A DNA stretch of 64,000 nucleotides. Source: Centroscyllium fabricii (Eukaryota). Location: positions 82,398,001-82,462,000 of the forward strand of contig JBNRSN020000005.1 of the NCBI GenBank assembly GCA_051313645.2, written 5' to 3'. The position numbers and the translations under genes were made by a program. Shown here in pieces: positions 24,394-36,704 of the stretch. The notes beneath the pieces were generated by a model. The model worked only from the letters and a program-made list of their open reading frames with translations. It was not told the DNA's origin and did no database searches. Each line of letters starts with the position of its first letter. Positions within the stretch are counted from its first letter, which is position 1.

Positions 24394-25169
24394 GGGGGGG
24401 ATTTTAAGCTCCCCGTGAGGCGGGGTTTTCGGCGGGTCGGCCATCAAAATCGTGGAACTGGCGGTTGACGCCCCCCCCCCCGCCGGATCCCCGCCACTTT
24501 GACATTTTCCCTGCCCTGACTCCCCGCCCCGAAATCTTCCCGCCGGCGGCGATAGGTTGTCAACTCATTAAGGGCCCTCAATTGGCATGTTTAATGCCAT
24601 TTTAAGGGCCCTTCCGAATTTTCATCCCTTTCCCACACTAACCCCACCAGCCTAAAACCCCGCTGGTGAAACCCAGCGGGAGCACAGTGCTGTTCATTAC
24701 TTTCTCCCTCAAGGTGCTGAAGGACATGCTGCAAAATGCTTGGCATGCCTTCAGCACCCTGGAGGAGTAAGTCACTCCGCGGTGGGCAAAAACGGAGAAA
24801 TCTCAGCTTTGCACATTTCCTGACAGCCGGTGCCGAGCTGTCAAGGATTCGGAGCCCGCCCGCCCACCTGCTAGTCACCAGCACTTGACCTTTCCCATTG
24901 GTTCCACTCCACTGTGATGTCACAGTGGAGTGTTTCAATAGCAACTGTCAACAACCAGTGCTGGAACTGTCAATCAAGCTGCGAGCAGCCAGCAGGAGCT
25001 CCGACTCGATTGAATCAATTACCACCGGCTGCCGCACATGGGGATTTAATTACTCAATTAAATGAAAATTTCGTGGGGTTCCCAGGTCTTTGGGCGGGCG
25101 GGACAGTAACCCGCCCCGACCAATCCCCGCCAGGTTCCCACACTTCCAGCAAAATCCCCCCCCCCCCCC
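24394..25169. mobile_element. Harbinger-type MITE, family C, abutting the previous element
   Basis: GGGGGGGATTTT...AAAATCCCCC termini with TTA/TCA flanks. Collinear with 10457-11175. Confidence 0.8.
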
Positions 25170-25986
25170 TCAGTTTCTTAGTGCAGAAGTGTTTAAGCTT
25201 TTTGACTTTGTGGGAACTCAGATGCATATAATGGAGCTTTGGGAAGCTACCAATAATGTTTAAATCAATATTTCTATGAACTTCCACATCTCATCTTCCT
25301 GGTACTAAAAGATCTTTGTATTCTGATTTAGGACTTATCCAGCAATAAAGCATCATTACTAAACATGGCCCTTTTCAAGCTTCCATGTAAAATGTAGCCA
25401 GGTTATATTTTATAGTATTACAGTTGAATATTTAAATTACACTCCGCCTTCGTACCTTAAAGGAGTAAGTTATTTGGAAAGGTACTTTTAATGCAATGTA
25501 CTCCAATTGTCAAGTGAAGTGAGTATCCTTACCATGTATCCCTACCATCGTGAAGCGAAGGAAAGATGATACCATTTGATAGAAGGTTTGATCCCTGGAT
25601 TGGTTCACGAGGATATGATTCTCTGGAAGCAAGCAAACCATCTAAAATTCTACAGTAATTGACAATTTGTACTTGATGACACAGAGCAAGTTGATTTAGC
25701 TAGCTTAGAACACTGTTATGTTATGGTGGCAGGGCATAAAAGCCATTAAAAAGGTTATTTACAGGAACAAAGCCTTTACTTGAAGTTATCTGATGATCGT
25801 GTAGTGGAATGTAGTGATGCCACATTTGATCTAATCTTGTTTTTTTGATTGGTTTGTTCCTTTGGCCAATGAATACTAAGGTCTCTAGCAGGTAAGGCAT
25901 TATAAACATAATATAGTAGTTATGCCTTGCATTTTCTGTAATGATCAGTGGAAACATTGGCCTGATGCCATCCTGACCTTTAAGGT

Positions 25987-26657
25987 CAGAGGGACCTTGG
26001 TGTGCATGTACATAGATCCTTGAAGGCAGCAGGACAGGTAGATAAGCCGGTTAAAAAGGCATAGGGGATACTTGCCTTCATTAGCCAAGGCATAGAATAT
26101 AAGAGCAGGGAGGTTATGATGGAGCTGTACAAAACGCTAGTTAGGCCACAGCTGGAGTACTGTGTGCAGATGTGGTCACCACACTACAGGAAGGATGTGA
26201 TTGCTTTGGAGAGGGTGCAGAGGAGATTCACCAGGATGTTACCTGGGCTGGAGCACTTCAGTTATGAAGAAAGACTGGACAGGCTGGGGTTGTTTTCCTT
26301 AGAGCAGAGAAGGCTGAGAGAGGACCTGATTGAGGTGTACAAAATTATATGGGGCATAGATAGGGTAGATAGAAAGGAACTTTTTCCCCTGGGGTCAATA
26401 ACCGGGGGCATAGATTCAAGGGATTTGAGGAAGAACTTTTTCACCCAGAGGGTGCTTGGAATCTGGAACTCACTGACTGAAAGGGTGGTAGAGGCAGGAA
26501 CCCTCACAACATTCGAGAAGCATTTAGATGAGCACTTGAAATGCCTTAGCATACAAGGCTACGGACCAAGTGCTGGGAAATGGGATTAGAATAGACAGGG
26601 CTTGATGGCCGGCACGGACACGATGGGCCGAAGGGCCTCTTTCCGTGGTGACTCTAT
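25987..26657 (+). mobile_element. CR1 LINE 3' fragment
   Basis: ORF 26116-26589 (LYKTLVRPQLEYCVQMWSP...). Tail reads atgggccgaagggcctctttccgtg...gactctat. Confidence 0.92.
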
Positions 26658-26658
26658 A

Positions 26659-27393
26659 GGCGCGAAATTGGCAGTCTAGCGCCAACCCGTAGGCACTAAT
26701 CGGGTGCTACAGAATTAGCGCCAGCGCTCACGCCCTGCGCAAAATTCAAGTGAGCGCTAAGTTGGGGGCTAACTGGTAGCGCCCCAATGAATTTAGTGCC
26801 CAGCTGGACGTCGGAAATGACGTCATCAGCCCGCGCAGTGCCTGGGAGGCGCCTGCGACTGAAATTGGGCAGCGCCCACTGATTTGCCGCTGGGCACTGC
26901 TCGCGCCAGCTTTTTTGAGCTGTTCCACCAGCGGGGGTGCACTGCTTAAAGGGAAGTGGGACAGTCGGCCATTTTTATTGCTGGCCGACTGCCAGCACCT
27001 TCCCCCTCGGCCTCCCCCGCTGCTCCGCCGGTGGGGTCAGGCGTCCGGCAACTGAGCCCGGCACTTCCCTCCAGTGCCGGGCTCCTTCTGCCGATTCTGG
27101 TCCCACGGCCACCCCACGTGGCTCCAGCCGCAGCCACGCTAGGCTCCTCCCCTTAATCGGGGAGGCAGGCCTGCAGTATCACGGGCCACTGCTGTGCGCT
27201 CCTTGGCGCAGCGACGCGCCCGCGCCCCGATATTTGAACGCCTCACACCAAGAGCGAGGTGGCCCGCCTGCTTTAGTGCCCTCCCTTCCATTATGGGCGA
27301 TGCAGGCAAACTTTGGCCCTAACACGCTGGCGCTAAAAATAGTGCAGCACTGAGGTCAGCGCCACAAAACGTGGGCTGACCAGTTTAGCCCCC
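26659..27393. mobile_element. Harbinger-type MITE, family A
   Basis: GGCGCGAAATTGG...CCAGTTTAGCCCCC termini. Collinear with 3428-4107. Confidence 0.75.
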
Positions 27394-29015
27394 TAAGTGC
27401 CAATCATCAAATAAATAAGCTATGTCAGACTTTCCAGCACTGACTACAACAGAACTCTGTATTCATTGGCATAGCTAAAAAAAAATGGCATTTTGGTGAA
27501 TCAGTTTGAAGTCAGGCTGCTTGTTTTTGTACTGTTATGTTCTTTTCAGGTTCATATTGTGGCAATGTAATGGAGCAGTTAATTGGGAATTTGATCCTGA
27601 ATTAACCATTGCTATGCCTTGCCTTGGAAGTGCTTGACTGAAAACTCTTCCACTTTCTGGTAATGTTAGCTTTCACCTTGGTGAACATAAAATTAAGTTA
27701 GAAATCTGCCCTGAGGTTCGTAACAGCCAGTCTCTATTGTCTTTTTAAAGTGGGGATTGGACAAAATTTAAACGCAGCAATTTAGGATTTTTCTAGATGG
27801 CAGGTGCCTTTTTTCTCATGCTGGGTAAATATAAGAACAAAAGGCACAGTTGAAGATTCCGCTGAAAAAAAAGAGTTTAATTTCTGAATGTGCCCAAGAC
27901 AAGAGACAAACGTGTGAATCACATAGCCTCTGATGAAATATTATTTAACAGTGATTGTGAATTAAGAAATTGGGTTATGATAAAATCAGCTCTTCTGATG
28001 TGAAGAAAGAGCACTAAAGAAATTGCTTTGATTAATTTTGTATCACAAAGCGCTTAACTCAGCTGTGTCCACAACAGCGGCAAATATTTAAAGAAAAAAT
28101 AAAATGACTTTATCAGTAAATAGAATTAGGCTACCCACGCTAATAAAGCAGCTGAACAGAAAGCGGGCGTTATGAAATTTGAACAGTCCTTATCTGACAC
28201 AGAGCACAATGAAATTAGACAGCACTTGACTTCAGTCATTTCAAGTTAGAGTGGAATGAGTGGGTACAAGAGACGGAGGCTGTGCCCTAATAGCCCTTTA
28301 CTATGACAGGGCCCCCACCATTAGCATCCTTTTATATTCTCTGAAATTGCTCATGCTTCCTATTCTGGCTCCTATCTGCCTGCCTTTTTTTCTCTCTTTC
28401 AATTTTGTACGTGCTTGGATAAGCGCATGCTAACACAATATGATTGAGCTGTAAAATGGAATCCTGTTGGCTTTAATCTCTTTTATGTAGATACTGTGGT
28501 AGTTCCACACACTGCTTCATCCAGTCTATTGTAAGATGCACAGAATGGACTAGAGAGTAATGTAGGCTGAATCAAATATTGAAGCTAGGTTTCACACATG
28601 ATAAAAAGATTATCAGTGCAGCAGCCAGACGTATTGTTATACTTTTTGTTGGATTAGAATATTCGCATGTTACCACATTAACAAAATGCTGGAGGTGCTT
28701 ACTCAGGCATTGCTACGACAGCACTCCACACTTCATTGCCATGTTAAAAGAACGAGTATCTCTTTTTGTCCTGTGTAAGCTGCATTCATCTGCTGTGACA
28801 CACTAAAACTGCCTGACATTCTCTTGCAGATACTCCCTACACCTTTAGTACTTGAAACTTTCCTGTCCTCAGAGTTCTGCTCTCCAAAGCCTTTAATATC
28901 TTAAATACTCCACAGAAGTATTCCATTCAAATCATTGTATTCACAACTATTTAAGGGAAGAAATTTTAAAAAAATACCTTGGGAGAGAAAGTCAATTATC
29001 ATTGCACCCATTTCT

Positions 29016-29618
29016 GGGGAGTTAAATCAACATTGGGGGCTGGCTTTCAGGTTGTGACCTCCTGCACCCGATCTCCCCCAGCAATCTCTGCCAAATTGCA
29101 AGATGGTGACTTCTAGGCATGCAGGGCGCCCACCTGTAACAGGCATTAGGCAACTTACATATGCAAATCCAAGTTCTCACACACTGGTCCTCTCGGCACC
29201 CGATCAAAATTGGGCACAAAATGGGCAAAGCTTGGGGTGCACATGCTTCACCCAGTTTAATTTGGGTCTTCCTTGTCTAACCAGTGGTCCTTAACTGGAC
29301 CACTGGAAGCCGCTCAAAAAGGTAAGAAAACTTTTTAATAGTTCCATTTCTGTGGAGCCAGGAGGAGCAGGAGTGCGCCCCCTGGCTTTATAAAATTACT
29401 GCAGGCCGTCTTCGTGACAGAGCTGGCCAAAATTGGTCAGGCCCTGACCAGCGTGCTGCATTGGGTTGCCTGATCGACGTCCCCAGCTCGCTAGTTTAAT
29501 GAAAATGAGGTCCGAGGTCTAATTCCGATTGAGCATCAGGCCAACTTCTTCGGGCATGCATTCAGATTGTGCTGCCCATTTCGCACAGGATGGCCACCTG
29601 AGATGAATTTCTGCCCCC
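29016..29618. mobile_element. Older GC-rich Harbinger-like MITE remnant
   Basis: GGGGAGTTAAAT...AATTTCTGCCCCC-like ends around a GC-rich island in AT-rich intron. Boundaries are uncertain. Confidence 0.45.
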
Positions 29619-29619
29619 T

Positions 29620-29810
29620 TGCAGGATGTCTTAAGTACTTCATGGCTAATGAATTACACTTGAAGTTTAGTCACCATTGTTATGCAGGCAAATGCATTAA
29701 GTTGTACTTCCTACAAACAGCAAATGAGATGAATGACCTGTTAATCTGCTTTCTTTTTGATTGGGGGAGGAATATTGGTCAGGACATAAGAAGGAGTGTT
29801 TCCCCTCTTT
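29620..29810 (-). mobile_element. Deu-domain SINE fragment
   Basis: Resembles 37820-38010 (tagtcac...acaaacagcaaatgagat...aatattggtcaggaca). Confidence 0.55.
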
Positions 29811-30435
29811 AAAAAAAAATCATTTATCAAGAATTATGATAAACTTAAACATCCTAATATGCGTGTCTTTTGTCTGTTTAATATTTTTCTTTAAAGTGTG
29901 ACTTAAGTATGATGTCAGCAGAAGAACTGGTTTTGAGACATTATTGAGCCCGACCACATGAAGCAGTTCATTTATCATCAGAGCACAAAGTAGTTTACCC
30001 AGGGTGCTTCAGTAATCATATAATTTTATTTTTATGTTTTAATTTGGTTAATTTGTAATGCCAAGCACAATTATTCTTCCCAGCCAGTTTCCCCCCCAAT
30101 GATAACCACACTCAATGTTTAAACAAGCCTTTTCAATAACTTAACAAATGCACAAGGAAATTACCAGGTAATTCTTCAAGTGACTGAGTTGTCTATTGTG
30201 AGAAGGTGATATTTTTACATGCTGTTGTTAGTGGGTTCTAGGTCACAGACTGATAGCAATAACAGAATGTAAATAAAGAAGTAATGTCATTAACATTAGC
30301 TGCATCATAAGGGCTAAAGTTAATAGTTTAAATACAAACCATTTGTGTACAAACCTTCCCACGTAACTTTGTTACTTTCAAACACATCAAGGTTCATTAC
30401 TTTCCTTTCCTTCCTTTTGCCCTTCCCATATCAAG

Positions 30436-31227
30436 GGGGGGATTTTCCTAGAGATGCAGGAACCTGGCGGGGATTGGTCGGGGTGGGTTCCTGACCCGCC
30501 CGGACAAGGGCCTGGGAAGCCCACACTATTTTCGCGTAATCACTCAATTAAATCCCCACGAGCGGCGTGCCTGTGGTAAGTGCAGCAGTCCAGTCACCAA
30601 TTACAGCGCTCAAACGGCATTCCAGCAGGCTGTCAGGCAGATGCGGCAACTGTTTGTTTACAGTTCCCATGGAAACACTCCACTGTGACATCACAGTGGA
30701 GTGGAACCAATGGGAGAGGCCAAGTGCTGTTGAGTGACCAGTGGGCGGACGGGCTTCAAATCTTTGACAGCAAGGTAGCGGCTGTCACTGGAGCTGGGAA
30801 GGTAAGTTTTCTAAGGTGTTCCCCACAGCTGGTGTTAACACAAGGGAGTGACTTACTCCTCCAGGGTGGTGAAGGCCTAGGAAGCATTTTGCTGTAGGTC
30901 CTTCAACACCTTGAAGGAGAAAGTTAGCAACACCACAGTGATCCCGCTGGGTTTCACCAGCAGTGTTTTAGGATGGCGGGGTTAGGGTGGGAAGGGGGTG
31001 AAAATTGCTAAGGGCCCTTAAAATGGCATTACAGATGCCAATTAAGGGCCCTTAATGAGCTGACGAACCATCCCCGCCGGCCGCCGGCGGGAAAGATTCG
31101 GAGCAGGAAGACAGGACGGCGGAAAATGGAAAAGTGGCAGGGGCGGGGTCGCGACCCACCAGTTCTGCTATTTTGGCGTCCGACCCGCTGAAAACCCCGC
31201 CTCACGGGGACATGAAAATTTTGGCCC
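30436..31227. mobile_element. Harbinger-type MITE, family C (inverted relative to 10457)
   Basis: GGGGGGATTTT...AAAATTTTGGCCC termini with AAG flanks. Reverse-complement match to 10457-11175. Confidence 0.78.
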
Positions 31228-34200
31228 AAGTCTCCATGCTTGCTCACAGTCTCTATCAATGTTGGTCTGTGCTCAACCAATAGAAGTTGAATGAGACTGA
31301 CTGGGGTTGATTTGACCTCCACTTTTCCCTCCTCCTCAGTGGGAAAATGTGCCACTTCCATAGCTTGACTGCTATTGGGGAAATCGTGTTACAAAGTTTT
31401 TGGGGCTATTTCATTCCATTACACAGCCTATTTGGAATACCATTGCACGGAGAAGCTGATCCTATAAACCCTCAGAAAATATACTTATTCTTATTGTTAT
31501 ACTGTATCCAGCATTGAAACTGATGGCATTTGGAATGAGTCTTAATGGATAATTGACTTAAATTGCATTAGTCCCTCTGAATGCTTATTTCACTATAAAA
31601 CACATTCATTTTTAGAAACCATAAAACAGAATTTTTCACCTATTTTATTAACATTTCTGACAGTTAATATTAACCAGGATGGGTGTAAATGCTGTCTGTA
31701 CTGACCAATAAAAGCACAGCATATGTTCACCTACGTAAATTAGATTTTTAACTGTGTAGACTGGAGCCTGATACTCCAGTTACATTACACCAAACCCTGT
31801 AGATTTGCACCTTTTAATAGCAGTTTGGGTACATAGCTGTGGCCTCTGTCTGTTCATACCACGATTGAGCAGGGAAGGCAGAGTTTCACAGGTATATACT
31901 CAAATTCATGCATAGAGTGCCACTCATTGACCCCTGGCTGCCAGTGAAACTTTGAAAAGAGCTCACTAGTAGACTTTTTATCATTGAAAATGTGTCTATG
32001 CACCAACCACAGTATAACTACAGCTGATGCTGAGTGCTAGCAGTGCCAAACCACTGCAGTGCTGGGCATTAGTACAGTTAAATAGATGGGCACAACAGCA
32101 TCAAATTTACAGTATAGCTGGGACATCAAATACAAGCTTTAGCATTTAACCCTTTTATTTAGTGATGTGACCACTGCAGAAATTATCTTGTCTGATATCA
32201 AATGCTGAATTTTCTATCGTACAATTGGAGAAATGCAGTGAATCCAAGAGCAGTCCCCAAATCACAGCAATCTGATTCTAAGGATATCAATTTCTGAAAA
32301 CCTTTCTTCATCATTGCCCTCCATAGTAAGCATGTCAAAAGTCCTGCTCATATGAACAGTTTTTTCTTGGAGGAGGAATGCAGCATCCTTTTTACCATCT
32401 TAATTGTAGTCTCTCAATAAACAAGAAAATTGTTCAATTGAATCAAAAAAACATTTTTTGGTGCACTAAGTATTCAATCAAATGAACCGTGTTTCTCCTG
32501 TATTCCTCCTGTCTTTAGTGTTGTTGGAATTTCTTACAGGACATTTTCGTTCCGCTTTGCATCTCTCTTTGCTTCTTACTGGGCTTGAGTAAAACTCCAG
32601 GGTTCAGAATAATCACTCTTTTTGCATAGCTAGGGGCAAGTTAGAAATTCAAATCATCTCACAGATATTTCTATATACACATATGCATATAGTCAGTAAG
32701 CATAAATATGCAGGTTTTGGGAGCAAACATATTTCTATAGTTGTCAGAGGGTTAAATAAGTTTACTTAAGGGGATAGTTATGCTACAAAAGTCTTTTGGG
32801 AGAGAAATAAGTTATAATGATGTTGTCACATGTATTTATTTTAGAAAATTGAAGTACTTTAGAAGGGAAGGTTAAGGAGCTTGGATTTTTGACAGCTCTA
32901 AATTCCATTAAACAAAAAAGGAATATTGTCTCTTTAACCTGAACAAGCAAGCTGCCACACATTTTTATATCTATTTCCTCTTCACTTGAAAGCGTTGTTT
33001 TTCAGCTGCTTTTCCAGAGTGTCAAAGTCAATTTAATGCATTTCACTATGCTGAATAAATCAGAACCGAAATCCTTGCTAAAAGTGAAAATTTGATTTGC
33101 TAAAAGGAGCTTAGGGCAACTATTAATCAATACATCCAGAGTGTCAGTGCTGAGGCCCTGATAGACAGTGATGCATTTGGATATTGGTTGAAGCAGATGG
33201 AGGCTTGCTGGAGAGGGTTGTGGCTGCTGGGGTGTTCCTGGTAAAGTCACATTCAATTCCACAGAGAGCTTGTCATCACCTGAGCTGAAACAAACCTTTC
33301 TAAATCAGCTGCTCATCAATTTAAGCAGCCCAATCTCCTTAGCAAGTGTTCTAGATATTGCTACTCTTGTTTATTATGCTGCAGTCTCACTGGTTCCATT
33401 CACTCAAAGCGCACGTTTTCCCTCTGCCTATTGCTGACCATTACTCCCTGCTTCAGTAACTTGGCCTTTTGAGTGTTAAAGGAAGGGCAGTGCAACTTGA
33501 TTCTGGATTGATTGTCTCTTTGATTTTGAAAGGATTTTTGTAATTGTTGATTAAAACTAAAACAATGAACAAGTAACGTGGCTAATGAGACACCAGCAAC
33601 AGCACAAGACTGCATAAATTGCCCATTTCCATAAATACACAAAGAAGAATTCAAGAGAACAGTAATGTCACCACACAGAGATTTGAAGGAAAAAGCAAAC
33701 ATGCCTGTCATTGGCTACAGAAAAAAGCTGCAGAACCTATTTGGGCTAAGTATCAAAATCTCTAAGTACACTAATCATTTTTGCTGCCCATTTGCTCCAG
33801 AAACATTCCATTGTTAGCCTGTGTTCTATGGCTGCTTTTGCCTGCAGAATTGTTCATTGATTTATTTCTTTTAACCCCCATAGACTTCTAAAAATTCTCC
33901 TGTACAAATTGATCTGGCTATCCAATTCAAATAAAACTTTAAATTGGTAAAGGATTTCACAGCAGCTGTCACCAGATACAGTTTTTCCCCGGCAGTTCTT
34001 TTGTTCTTTAAATCTGCGAAACCTCCGTGTATGATCTCACAAGCTGTGAAATCAACCATACAAATAGAGCTGCTAATAATTGTGTACTGAGGAAGCAAAT
34101 AAACACGGTTTTAAAAATAATGGTCACCTAGAGTAGCACCATTTATTTTGTGATTACTATTATAACCACTTACAGTCATCCCAAACCCACGTGACAAAAC

Positions 34201-34606
34201 ATTTTCACTCCTCTTGGATTCTCAAACATTTTCTGAACAGAAAAGGTAGATAATTAAACTGATGAGATGGCAGGTTGTCACAACGTAATGGAGCACCAAT
34301 ATGCTGTGTCACAGAGCAGTAGCATGTGGGCCTGATCCTTTAGTTCTCCCAAGCGGGGGGTTCCCGTTCTCTGCTGTACTGATGGGAAGGTTGCAAGTCA
34401 AATGCCAAGTGTCTTTTCATAGGGAACAAGGGAAAACCAATCGCATTCGTGTTGGCGGGGGTGGGGGCGGGGATAAAGTTGTACCTGTGAATAGTTCAAG
34501 TGCATGACCTGGTCTAGTTACCTAAACAATGCAAGTGTTAATTCCATGTGTCTTTAATGCACTACTTTTCTCAGCTAAGGTGGATCTGCACCTGCTTAAC
34601 CTACAT

Positions 34607-35085
34607 TCCATGGAAGCCCAGCGTGAACTCGAGGAACAGCACCTCATCTTTCGCTTAGGCACTCTACAGCCCTCTGGACTAAACATAGAGTTCAACAATT
34701 TTAGATCATAACCTCGGCCCCTACCACACTTTTTATATATACATATATTTTCTCTCTTTTTTCAATCCACACTTTCGTCTGGGCTTTTTTCTTTTTTTTC
34801 TTTACTCTGCCAGAGCCGTTCACACCTATCCGGAACCACCTTGTGTTCCTTCAATTTCTCCTAATATCTCTTACCTTCCCTCGCCTTCTAGCCTGTTGCT
34901 GATCTTTCCTTTGTTCTTTCAGCCCCCGCCCTCGCCTTTCCCCAGCCCCTACAAGCTTTAAAATCTATCCCCCCCTCCTGGCTTCTCCAGTTCTGAAGAA
35001 AGGTCATCGACCTGAAACGCCAACTCTGTTTCTCTCTCCACCGATGCTGCCTGGCCTGCTGAGTTTCTCCAGTGTTTTCTGTTGT
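34607..35085 (+). mobile_element. Penelope-like element 3' fragment (GIY-YIG C-terminus, 3'UTR, hammerhead motif)
   Basis: Frame reads EAQRELEEQHLIFRLGTLQPSGLNIEF*, typical of PLE ORF ends. It is followed by a pyrimidine-rich UTR and then ctgaagaaaggtcatcgacctgaaac...gatgctgcctggcctgctgag. Confidence 0.8.
34988..35026 (+). ncRNA. Minimal type I hammerhead ribozyme motif, probably degenerate
   Basis: Core CUGAAGA (34993-34999), stem II AGGUC/GACCU, GAAAC (35014-35018), stem I AGUU/AACU. The cleavage triplet reads GCC rather than GUH. Confidence 0.6.
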
Positions 35086-35879
35086 GATAAGGGAAAATCA
35101 TACTTCATGTTCCAATCGCATTCATGTTGGCGGGGGTGGGGGCGGGGATAAGGTTGTAGCTGTGAATAATTCAAGTGCATGACGTGGTCTAGTTACCTAA
35201 ACAACGCAAGTGTTAATTCCATGTGTCTTTAATGCACTACTTTTCTCAGCTAAGGTGGATCTGCACCTGCTTAACCTACATGAGAAAGGATTAATTAACA
35301 GTACAGAACATTGCTGGCAACGCATATATTGACCTGGCTAGAGAGAATAGTAGGGTGTTAATGGCAAGCTTGGCTTTACTATAAGTGGGAGTCAGCAGTT
35401 TCAAACCAACCTGCTCTAATTCTCCTGTAGCAACCAGATCATTTGTAAAGTTAGGAGAGTCTGACCATTTCCTTGGTACTCCCACTTTGACAACACGAAT
35501 GCTAATTGAAACTAGGCTTGTAACTCAGTTGTTCTGTTTGGGAGTCAAATGCTCTGTCATTTTAACTGCTAGATCTTGGTTATTCTGTTTGCGCGTTCCC
35601 AGTTACATGAATATTGAGCTTTAAATTTGACATTGGTACAATTAATGGCATAAATGAGGTTATTGTACATTTAAATATAAAGATCTTAAATATATTGACC
35701 ATGGTTAATAATTTAACATGTTTTAACATTGTGTTGTTGGACATTTACTATAGTATCCACCATGCAAATACTTGGCTCCCAATGATTGTGTTATAATGAG
35801 GTGATGTATATTCAGATCTAAAAATGTTTAAAATTTGTGGCTGTTAATGGTGCAGTCAGATTTAATATTCAATATTACC

Positions 35880-36300
35880 CGGTGACTGAGTAAGGAAGTT
35901 ATGGGTTCAAGCCCCAATGCAGGACTTCAGCACGTAATCTAGGCTGAATCTTCAGTCCAGTACTGAGGGAGTGCTGCATTGTTGGATGTGCCGTCTTTCA
36001 GATAAGACATTAAACCCATATGCCTGCTCAGGTGAGTGTAAAAGAGCCCATGACACTTTTTGATAAAGAGCTGGGGTGTTTCCTCCTGTTCTACATAAGA
36101 GCTCTCTCTCTCTCTCAACCATCACCACCAAAACAGATAGTCTGGTTACTTATCTCATTGTTGCTTGTGGAACATTTCTGGGTACAAATTGGCTGCTACT
36201 TTTGCCTACATAATAATAATGACTACATTTCAAAAGGTAAATCACTGGCTTTGGGATATCCTGAGGGCATGAAAGGCGCTACATAAATGCAAGTTTGTTC
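35880..36300 (+). mobile_element. Deu-domain SINE (SacSINE1/AmnSINE-like)
   Basis: tRNA-like gggttcaagcccc, Deu-type gagggagtgctgcattgttgga...gccgtctttcagat, and an L2-like tail aaggcgctacataaatgcaagt. Confidence 0.72.
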
Positions 36301-36704
36301 ATTTGTTCGCTCTCTATTTTATTAGCACATATTTGCAAGCCAAAGATCATAGTCTCGGAACTATTTATATGCTGCAAACATATTTACTATTGCTCTATTT
36401 TTGTTTCCCATTTTAAGTGCCAAGCATTTAAATCCACATAAAGAACATCTTAATATTTACTTTGGTTGTTTAATCATTGTATGAATGTGGATTATTTCAA
36501 TTGATAGCATGAAAGTTGCTTATGAGCAGTGAAGTAATTGCCATTGAATGTGATGGCACACAGGTTACTTAAAATCCAGCAACATACCAGCTAATTACAC
36601 ATGACTGACCTGCTCACCCAGCAATAATTTACTGATAGCCCTGATAAAGTAATTACTCTGTTTTGTTGAAGAGTTCCTTTTATTTTCAGTGACTTCAATA
36701 CAAT

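Larger units (their letters stand above)
34428..35281. repeat. Direct duplication (34428-34606 and 35089-35281) flanking a Penelope-like fragment
   Basis: Both copies run aagggaaaa...ccaatcgcattc...ctgcacctgcttaacctacat. They differ by a few substitutions and a 14-nt indel. Confidence 0.93.

Noticed and set aside
35001-35013. Nuclear-receptor inverted repeat AGGTCAtCGACCT
   Set aside because: Better explained as hammerhead stem II.
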